Source: Lysobacterales bacterium (GTDB lineage Bacteria; Pseudomonadota; Gammaproteobacteria; Xanthomonadales; SZUA-5). Taken from it: 64,000 bases of DNA. The notes below the pieces were generated by a model. The model saw nothing but the letters and a program-made list of their open reading frames with translations. It did no database searches and was not told the origin of the DNA. Where the stretch lies: the NCBI GenBank assembly GCA_022844165.1, contig JALHMH010000023.1:1-64000 (forward strand). Reading direction: 5' to 3'. A program made the translations under genes and the position numbers. Shown here piece by piece: positions 57,000 to 64,000 of the stretch. Every line of letters begins with the position of its first letter. The stretch's first letter is position 1.

Positions 57000-57695
57000 T
57001 CATCGATTCAACAAACTCAAGAACTCGCGACGCAGGTTCGCATCCTTAAGGAAAGAACCGCGCATCACACTGTTGATCATCTTCGAATCGCTGTCTTTGA
57101 CGCCACGCCAATGCATGCAGAAGTGGTCGGCTTCCATTACCAGCGCGAGGCCGTCGGGTTGCATCATGTCGTACAGTAAAGACGACAACTGTGTGACCGC
57201 TTCCTCCTGGATCTGCGGCCGACTCATCACCCAGTCGCAAAGGCGCGCGTACTTCGACAGGCCAATGAGATTCGAATGTTCGTTCGGCATCACGCCCACC
57301 CAGACGCGGCCGATAATCGGACACAAGTGGTGGGAGCACGCGCTGCGAACTTTGATCGGGCCCACGATCATCAGTTCGTTCAGGCGTTCGACATTCGGAA
57401 ACTCGGTGACCGCAGGTGCGGGGACGTAACGGCCGCGAAACACCTCTTGCAGGTACATCTTGGCCACACGCCGTGCGGTGTCGCGCGTATTGTGATCGCT
57501 TGAGGTGTCGATCACGAGGCTTTCCAACACGGCCTTGAGCTTGCTCTCGACTTCCGACTGTAGTTGTTCGATTTCGCCGGGTTCAATGAACGCGGCGATG
57601 TTGTCGTTAGCGTTGAAGCGCTTGCCCGCGCCGGTAATGCGCTGGCGGATTCGCTCCGAAACCGCCACAACGGGGATTTCCTGGGTTTTTGGCAT
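57000..57695 (-). CDS. folE: GTP cyclohydrolase I
   Basis: DHNTRDTARRVAKMY, SACSHH, IGLSKYAR, RPQIQE, HFCMHWRGV, RREFL. Confidence 0.93.
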   Translation of the reverse strand: MPKTQEIPVVAVSERIRQRITGAGKRFNANDNIAAFIEPGEIEQLQSEVESKLKAVLESLVIDTSSDHNTRDTARRVAKMYLQEVFRGRYVPAPAVTEFPNVERLNELMIVGPIKVRSACSHHLCPIIGRVWVGVMPNEHSNLIGLSKYARLCDWVMSRPQIQEEAVTQLSSLLYDMMQPDGLALVMEADHFCMHWRGVKDSDSKMINSVMRGSFLKDANLRREFLSLLNR

Positions 57696-57784
57696 TGCGA
57701 TAAATCACGATGGCTGCTCGCCAATGCTGGCACAGCTTGCGTATGTTTAGCGTGTCTGACGCGTATGACTGAATTGCCCGGACC

Positions 57785-60643
57785 ATGATCCCAAATTCCG
57801 TAGTTGGACGCGTCTTCGTCATTTTGCTCAGCGCTACGCTGATGTGCTGCGCAAGCGCTCTGCGCGCCGCGATCAGCTATGCGCTCGATCCGGACATTCC
57901 AACCCTCAACCCAACGCACATGGTCCGCGATCGGGCAGGTCGGGTCTGGCTTGCCGAACGGGAGAACCTGAGCTGGTTCGACGGCCACCGCTTCCAGACT
58001 GAACAGCCCGACGACGGTCTGGGCAACATAACCGACCTGAGTATCCAAGGCGATCGCCTGCTGGTTGCGCACGAGGGCGGCGTTGCGGTCCTGGATCTGG
58101 CGGCATGGCGCTGGCAACGGTTGGCGACCCAGAGCGCGCTTGCGATCGAGTCGCACGCTGGCCGACTTTATCTCGCGAGCGATGCAGCGCTGGGTGAATT
58201 GACATTGGCGCCAACGCTCTCGTTGACACCGTTGACCGGACAGTGGCCCGAACGCGTCCTTGATTTGCACAGTTTGCCGAGCGGCTTGTATGGGACCAGC
58301 GCCACCGGCTACTGGCGCTATGACCTGGAGGCGCGGACGGCAGAAAAACTCAGGTTCAATGCGCCGGCGCTGGACAACGGCGAGCGATACGCCTGGTCGA
58401 TGACCGAGTGGCCGGCGGGGCAGCTTTGGCTGGGCTTCTGGGATGATGCACTGGTACGGCTGGACCTGAAGACCGGCAAGCACGACTGGTTCCATCCGCA
58501 ACAGCGCGATACCGGGGCATTGCGTTCGACCAGCATCTACGATCTGTTGCCGCTGGGCGATCGACTGATAATCGCCACCAATCGCGGGCTGGTGTACTTC
58601 GAAACATCTTGCGCCTGTTTCAAGAGCCTGAACTTGCCGCGATGGGATGCGGTCGATGGCAGTGGCGTGATCATCGACGATCTGGCGTCGGCCGAACAGC
58701 CCGATCAGCACGGTCTTTGGGCATCCGTGCTCGGTGAAGGACTGGCACGTTTTGACCGCAACGACTTTTACTTTAGCAACCAGGTTCGTGTCGAGTCTGT
58801 TTCCGGCGCACCACGCGGACTGAGCAACAACATGGTGCGTGCGCTGGCGTTGCGGCAGAACGAACTGTATGTCGGCAGCTATGGCGGCGGCGTGCAAATG
58901 GCCCAACAACGCCCAATTGGCCAACTGTGGGCGATGGGCGAGGTTGAATACGCTTCGCAACGCATCGAAGCACGCTATCTGTGGCACATCCTGCCACGCG
59001 CTGACGGACTCGCGCTAAGCACCGGCGATGGACTGGTGACGATCGATGCTGAGGGGTCGGTGGCCCTCGACAGCATCAAGAGCGCCCGCTGCGCGGTGGA
59101 GTTGGACGGCCGGTTGTGGGTTGGCACCACGCGCGGTGTCTTCCGCACGGACGGCTCGGCGCTGGTGCCGATCGGGCCGCCGGCGGCGGTCCTGAGTTGC
59201 GCCAGAGTTGGCGACCACGCCTGGTTCGGGCAATCCGATGGTTTACGCCGATTTCGGGGCGATGGCACCGAGCTACCGCCGCCTCGTGGGCCAGACCTGG
59301 AGCAATCCTCGCTCATCGTGTTTGCGCAGCACCACGGCACGACCACATGGCTCGCGACTAACCAGGGGGTGCTCCGCGCATCGCCGGGGCAAGATCAGGA
59401 TTGGTCGCTGGATGTCGAGAACGCTGCGATTGACCGGGCCATGAGTATCGCCGTCGATGGCAGCCAACGGCTGTGGCTCGGCACCAGCCAGGGACTGATC
59501 CGGTACGACCCTGGCTCGCGGCGTGTCGATCGCTTCGACGCTGCAGATGGTCTGTTCGGGCGTGAAATGAACATCGGCGCGCTGCTGTTCGATGGCCAGT
59601 ACATGCATGTCGGTGGCAACGGCGGCTTGGCCACTTTCGAGCCCGACCGCATCGCTGCACGTTCGGCCCGACTGACCCCGCGCATCGAGCGTTTGCGTGT
59701 TGGCACAGGCCCTTGGGCACGCACCAGCCGACTGTCGTTGCCCGCCCAACACGCGCCCGTGTATCTGGAATTTGCCAGCAACGACTATGCGCGACCGCGG
59801 CAGCTGCGGTATTCGGTGCGCCTGCTTTCGGAGAGCCGAACGGGCGAGTGGGTGAGCCTGGGCGCGCATCCGGATTTTATGCTGGAGCGTCTGCCTGCGG
59901 GCCAACATCGCCTTGAGGTCCAGGTACTGGCAAACGACGTTGCGGACAGTGCAGCGCAGGCAACGCTGCTGCACCTCAATGTTGCCGCCATGTGGTACCA
60001 GCGCACCAGCACGATCATGTTGGCTTTGTTGACGCTGTTGGGTGTCGGCTTTGGATTCGGCTCCTGGCGTGCGCGGTGGTTAGCCGTGCAGCGCGCAACA
60101 CTGGAACGCAAGATTGCAGAACAGACAACGGAGCTGCGTGCGCGCAACGCCGAACTGCAGCGATTGGCAGTCACCGATCCCCTGACGGGGCTGGCCAACC
60201 GCCGGCAATTGTTCGAGGTACTGAGCGCCGCGGAAAACGTCGCGATCCTGGCGCTTGATCTGGATCACTTCAAACGCATTAACGATACCTTCGGCCATGC
60301 AGCGGGCGATCGCATACTGCAGCAGTTCGCCGGCCTGTTGACGAGCTACGAGCCCAAACGTCTGGCAGCTCGGACGGGTGGCGAAGAGTTCGTACTCGTA
60401 CTCGATCGGAATGCGGTTGACCCGCTCAAAGCGGCGCAGCAAATTCTCACGCAGACGCGTAGCCTGCCGATACACTTAGGGGAGAAAAAGGTGTCTCTGA
60501 CTGTCAGCATCGGCGTCTTGCCTTCGGCAAACGGAGCACCCGATGAATCGATGCGGCGTGCCGATGACGCTCTGTATCGGGCCAAGCAGTGGCGCGACAC
60601 CATCGTGGTCGGCATTGAAAGCGATTCTCGGTCAGCGCCGTGA
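57785..60643 (+). CDS. Ligand-binding beta-propeller/YYY membrane diguanylate cyclase
   Basis: Propeller repeats (LWLG, LYVG, LWVGT); TM; TDPLTGLANRR, DLDHFKRIND, RTGGEEF. Confidence 0.9.
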   Translation: MIPNSVVGRVFVILLSATLMCCASALRAAISYALDPDIPTLNPTHMVRDRAGRVWLAERENLSWFDGHRFQTEQPDDGLGNITDLSIQGDRLLVAHEGGVAVLDLAAWRWQRLATQSALAIESHAGRLYLASDAALGELTLAPTLSLTPLTGQWPERVLDLHSLPSGLYGTSATGYWRYDLEARTAEKLRFNAPALDNGERYAWSMTEWPAGQLWLGFWDDALVRLDLKTGKHDWFHPQQRDTGALRSTSIYDLLPLGDRLIIATNRGLVYFETSCACFKSLNLPRWDAVDGSGVIIDDLASAEQPDQHGLWASVLGEGLARFDRNDFYFSNQVRVESVSGAPRGLSNNMVRALALRQNELYVGSYGGGVQMAQQRPIGQLWAMGEVEYASQRIEARYLWHILPRADGLALSTGDGLVTIDAEGSVALDSIKSARCAVELDGRLWVGTTRGVFRTDGSALVPIGPPAAVLSCARVGDHAWFGQSDGLRRFRGDGTELPPPRGPDLEQSSLIVFAQHHGTTTWLATNQGVLRASPGQDQDWSLDVENAAIDRAMSIAVDGSQRLWLGTSQGLIRYDPGSRRVDRFDAADGLFGREMNIGALLFDGQYMHVGGNGGLATFEPDRIAARSARLTPRIERLRVGTGPWARTSRLSLPAQHAPVYLEFASNDYARPRQLRYSVRLLSESRTGEWVSLGAHPDFMLERLPAGQHRLEVQVLANDVADSAAQATLLHLNVAAMWYQRTSTIMLALLTLLGVGFGFGSWRARWLAVQRATLERKIAEQTTELRARNAELQRLAVTDPLTGLANRRQLFEVLSAAENVAILALDLDHFKRINDTFGHAAGDRILQQFAGLLTSYEPKRLAARTGGEEFVLVLDRNAVDPLKAAQQILTQTRSLPIHLGEKKVSLTVSIGVLPSANGAPDESMRRADDALYRAKQWRDTIVVGIESDSRSAP

Positions 60644-61221
60644 ATCGCAAATCACTCGAACTACGCTATTCGCGACCACTGTTGATCGCTGGTCTGATCG
60701 GCTGTCTGGTCGCAGCTGGTGCTGTTGCTTACGTCGGCATTGCATTTGGCGTCATATTGCCGCAAATGGGTCTGCTGGCGGCGGTTTTTCTCACGCCAAT
60801 CGGCCTTATTCTCCTCTGGTGGGCGGTCGCCGCCATGCGTGCGCTCGCCAATACAGGTCCGATATTGATCATCGATCATGACGGCATCTGGGACATTCGC
60901 CAATCGCAGCAGTTCATTCCGTGGGACGACATCCAGCGAGCGCAGCTGCGCAGTACCCGGCGCGGACCGGCGATCCACGTCGACTTCAAACCAGAAGTGG
61001 CCCGCGATTACGTGGGCCGGCTCTACGGGCTGCGGCGGCTCTTCAACGTGCTCTCCGCGGCGGGTGATCGTGAGCTGTTTTTGGGCGCTTTGTCGTATCG
61101 CTACAAGGACGTGGAGCGTGCGCTGAGAGATCGACATCGCGAACACCGTGTGCAGGCTGTGCGGCAACACGCGGACAATGAGAAGGTGATGCGCGAGTTG
61201 CGGGAGCGGAATGCGAGATGA
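60640..61221 (+). CDS. Hypothetical membrane protein (two TM plus small beta domain)
   Basis: GTGA overlap with the cyclase gene; two TMs, then LIIDHDGI...IPWDDI. Confidence 0.6.
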   Translation: MNRKSLELRYSRPLLIAGLIGCLVAAGAVAYVGIAFGVILPQMGLLAAVFLTPIGLILLWWAVAAMRALANTGPILIIDHDGIWDIRQSQQFIPWDDIQRAQLRSTRRGPAIHVDFKPEVARDYVGRLYGLRRLFNVLSAAGDRELFLGALSYRYKDVERALRDRHREHRVQAVRQHADNEKVMRELRERNAR

Positions 61222-61438
61222 TCTTGCCTCGGATCATCGGCTGGCGCATGCCGTGGGCGAGCGCTGTTTAACGGGCAGCAAGCGCCGCGAGTTCGAACGG
61301 GCGGAGATTGCCGAGCCCGTCGCCGGGGCGTGTCAACCAAAAGCGTTGCGCACCGTTAGGGGCCAGCAGTTGTCCTGGATTTCGATGACCGATGAATGCG
61401 GTGTTATCCACCATCTCACCATTACCCATCGCGGGTGC

Positions 61439-61985
61439 GATGTCTAGATCGCCCGCCCAATGCGCCCGCCTGAACGACTTTCTCCGTGGCGTCGAGCGCC
61501 GCGCGCTGCGCATGGCAGAGCTGGCGGTTCGTCAGCGGGAAGACGCGCTCGAGTTGGTGCAGGAGGCGATGCTGAGTTTTGTCAAAAGCTACAGTCACAA
61601 ATCGGACGACGAATGGGCGCCCTTGTTTTGGCGCGTGATCGACAACAAAATCCTGGATCATCACCGTCGGTTCGAAGTACGCTCGCGCTGGAGGGGATTC
61701 TTTTCGTCTCGCGATGACGATGACGGGGATGAACTGGCGCAGATGCCCGATCCGCGCCAGCCAGAGCCGTCTGTGGCACTGGGCGCGGCCGCATCCGGTC
61801 GGGCGATTGAGAGCGCATTGAGATCGTTGCCGAATCGACAGCGGCAGGCTTTTTTGTTCCGCCAGTGGGAGGGGCTGGATGTCGCGGCCACGGCTCAGGC
61901 CATGGGCTGTTCTGAGGGCAGCGTCAAAACGCACCTGTTCCGTGCCATGGAAAGTCTGCGGGAACGCTTGAAGGATCACATATGA
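61439..61985 (+). CDS. ECF RNA polymerase sigma-70 factor (alternative start 61392)
   Basis: DALELVQEAM (region 2); LPNRQRQAF...EGLDV..TAQAMGCSEGSVKTHLFRA (region 4). Confidence 0.9.
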
Positions 61986-62320
61986 ACGACGAACGCTTGA
62001 GCGCTTTGGTATGCGCGCAACTGGACGATGACGTGGCGCACCTCGACGCGGCGACAATATCGCGCCTGAACCAGGCACGGCAGCGCGCGTTGGCGACCTC
62101 ACCGACGCCGCGATGGGCATGGTTCGGCTCTGCAGTGACAGCGTGCGCGATGCTGTTGGCGCTGTCCAGTCTTTGGTACGCACCGGTGCCGACGGCGCCC
62201 GTGTTCGATGAGCTTATATCCGATGGCGATCTGGAGTTGATCGAAGAACTGGAGTTTTATGCCTGGCTGAAACACGCCGAAGGGCCGCCCGATGAGCTCG
62301 ATTTGCGCGAGCCCTCATGA
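61982..62320 (+). CDS. Putative anti-sigma membrane protein (DUF3619-like)
   Basis: SRLNQARQRAL, single TM, LEFYAWL; coupled to the sigma gene. Confidence 0.7.
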   Translation: MNDERLSALVCAQLDDDVAHLDAATISRLNQARQRALATSPTPRWAWFGSAVTACAMLLALSSLWYAPVPTAPVFDELISDGDLELIEELEFYAWLKHAEGPPDELDLREPS

Positions 62321-62508
62321 TCTTGTTGCTGGCTTTTGCGCTCGCGGCCGAACCGCCGCCGGCGGATTTGCCGGTGGAAGCCCCGAGCGCTGATTTGCTG
62401 TTGTATCTGGGCGAATTCGATGACGATGACGATCCAGAAGCGCTCACCGATGCGATGGAAACCGAAGCAACCGATGACGACAATGACCGCCCGCCTCCGC
62501 CTCGTTAG
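62317..62508 (+). CDS. Small acidic exported peptide
   Basis: ATGA overlap; signal-like start; PSADLLLYLGEF motif. Confidence 0.55.
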   Translation: MILLLAFALAAEPPPADLPVEAPSADLLLYLGEFDDDDDPEALTDAMETEATDDDNDRPPPPR

Positions 62509-63142
62509 CCTGTGCTGGCTATTGCTCCTGGCGCTGCCCGCGCTGGCGGTGGAATTTTCTTCGCTGACCGCCGACGAACAACGCGTGCTGGAGCCGCATC
62601 GTGACACCTGGTCGCAACTCGACGACAAAACGCAGCAGCGGCTCGTCCGCGGCGCGCAGCGTTGGCTCGACATGGATGCCAACGAACGTGCCGAGGCTGG
62701 TCGCCGTCTGGCGCGCTGGCAGGAAATGAGCGAAGCGCGACGGCAGCAAATTCGCGAACGCTTTGAGGCGTTCCAGACGCTACCACCACAGGCGCAGCGC
62801 GAGTTGCGTCAGGTCGCCGAGCGTTTCCGTCATTTGCCGGCACACGAGCGTGCTGAGCTGCGCCGTCGCTTCGAGGCGATGTCGCCCGCCGAACGCCGAG
62901 CTTTTCTCACTGCAATGCAGGCCACACGGCGCAACGATGCGCTTCGCGACCACTGGCGACAGATGCCAGCGACCGAACGCGAAGCGACGCGCGCGATGAT
63001 CGATGGTCTGACCGGACCTGAGCGCCGCGCGATGCGCGCGCATATGCAGGCACTGCCGCTGGCCGAACGAGACAGCTTGCGCAGGCGACTGTTGGCCATG
63101 ACCGTTGAAGAGCGGCGCGCATTCCTGGCTGAGGTACCGTAA
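62483..63142 (+). CDS. DUF3106-like periplasmic protein
   Basis: Signal peptide; repeats of the type W/F-x-x-L/M-x-x-x-E/Q-R. Confidence 0.75.
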   Translation: MTARLRLVSLCWLLLLALPALAVEFSSLTADEQRVLEPHRDTWSQLDDKTQQRLVRGAQRWLDMDANERAEAGRRLARWQEMSEARRQQIRERFEAFQTLPPQAQRELRQVAERFRHLPAHERAELRRRFEAMSPAERRAFLTAMQATRRNDALRDHWRQMPATEREATRAMIDGLTGPERRAMRAHMQALPLAERDSLRRRLLAMTVEERRAFLAEVP

Positions 63143-63146
63143 TCAC

Positions 63147-63611
63147 TCAACTGCGTTCTGCACGGCCGATTGGCACGAGCGCCCAGAGCTTCGATAGGTT
63201 GAAACTGGGCACCAGACGACGAAGGGAGCGCTCAGCAGGGTTGGTAGCCGGTGCCTCGACGGGCACCGTGCCGCGTGGCAAATCGCGTACCGAAAAGCCC
63301 TCCTTGGCGAACCTCGCTGCGTCAAGCGCAAACCGGTCCCAACGCAAGAAGTGCTGTTCTGGGATCAGAACCCAGTCCATGCTCGGGATGTCCCGTCCGA
63401 GTGGGTCCCAATACCGCGCACCTTCCAGTGTTGTGGCTTGCAACCGCACTCGCCCGCGCAAACGGAAAGCCATGCCATCGAAGCAGAAAACCAGGAACGC
63501 GTGACCTTTGATCAGCACACAGGGTTTGCCATACAGCTGCCCGACCGACGCTTCGTGCATGCGCCCGAGGTACTCGCAGATGGTGTCGAATCGAGTTCGT
63601 GCGTTGGCCAT
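63147..63611 (-). CDS. Hypothetical protein (TfoX/YjbR-like fold possible)
   Basis: GGGAGG RBS before ATG; GQLYGKPC, AFRL, WDP.G, DWV. Confidence 0.55.
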   Translation of the reverse strand: MANARTRFDTICEYLGRMHEASVGQLYGKPCVLIKGHAFLVFCFDGMAFRLRGRVRLQATTLEGARYWDPLGRDIPSMDWVLIPEQHFLRWDRFALDAARFAKEGFSVRDLPRGTVPVEAPATNPAERSLRRLVPSFNLSKLWALVPIGRAERS

Positions 63612-63914
63612 TGTGCCTCCCCCCGAAGGCGATTCAAAACCGGCGGGCGACCGGCGCTGTCCTGTCCGTCGGCAGCTACCCAAGGTTCGACAATGCGCAA
63701 TCATGCGCGCGTCGGGCGAATCTGGGAAGCAGAGCGCGCGGAACGACAAAATGCGCGGACGCAGTTGGCAGTTTTGGGCAGCCATTTCAGCCACTGCTCG
63801 CACTTTGGAGCTTGGCAAGTGCCAAAAGACGGCTACAATGGACGTTAGCCGAAACGCAATTCGGTCATCTGGTTGTCAAATCAGATCGTCATGACCCACT
63901 TTGAGGACTTTTCC

Positions 63915-64000
63915 ATGAAACTGATCCAGTTTACGGCGCTGACCGCGTCGTTGGCACTTTTGGCCGCCTGTGGCGATCAAGGCACCAGCAACAACGAACC
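63915..64000 (+). CDS. 5' end of a lipoprotein gene (truncated by the window)
   Basis: GAGGA RBS; MKLIQFTALTASLALLAAC lipobox. Confidence 0.7.
   Translation, partial: MKLIQFTALTASLALLAACGDQGTSNNE

Noticed and set aside
57512-58987. Long antisense ORFs (also 3053-4159, 13854-15065, 21708-22829, 48597-49694)
   Set aside because: They are shadow ORFs opposite well-supported genes, typical of high-GC DNA, and show no motifs
63870-63914. Family 1 left-end remnant as the RBS of the last gene (TTGAGGACT)
   Set aside because: Similarity beyond the SD core is too weak to distinguish from an ordinary RBS

Overview
High-GC bacterial chromosomal window whose gene content suggests a Xanthomonadales/Lysobacterales-type gammaproteobacterium (inference). 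It carries housekeeping genes (acnD, folD, ndh, trpS, tRNA-Lys, proBA, folE) and several transport loci: a probable sigma54-driven MFP/ABC/triple-permease exporter operon, a TatT-type TRAP transporter, and a DctB-like kinase/dctA/TonB receptor/hydrolase locus. It also carries signalling genes (Ser/Thr kinase-TPR, BLUF, propeller-GGDEF, an ECF sigma operon) and several secreted hydrolases. No transposase, CRISPR array, prophage or rRNA is visible. The most striking signals are non-coding. (1) A roughly 240-bp, CTAG-bounded, hairpin-rich repeat without clear terminal inverted repeats occurs as 6 large copies plus several end remnants. Its ends coincide with stop codons and Shine-Dalgarno sites of neighbouring genes and appear to encode the N-terminal 14 aa of TrpS. 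(2) Three different miniature elements are stacked through shared CTAG sites between the kinase gene and dctA. (3) A candidate sX13-like sRNA has three UCCCC-loop hairpins behind a sigmaE-type promoter. (4) There is a GTRG-type REP/REPIN family. All calls come from motif reading by eye; no database search was run.
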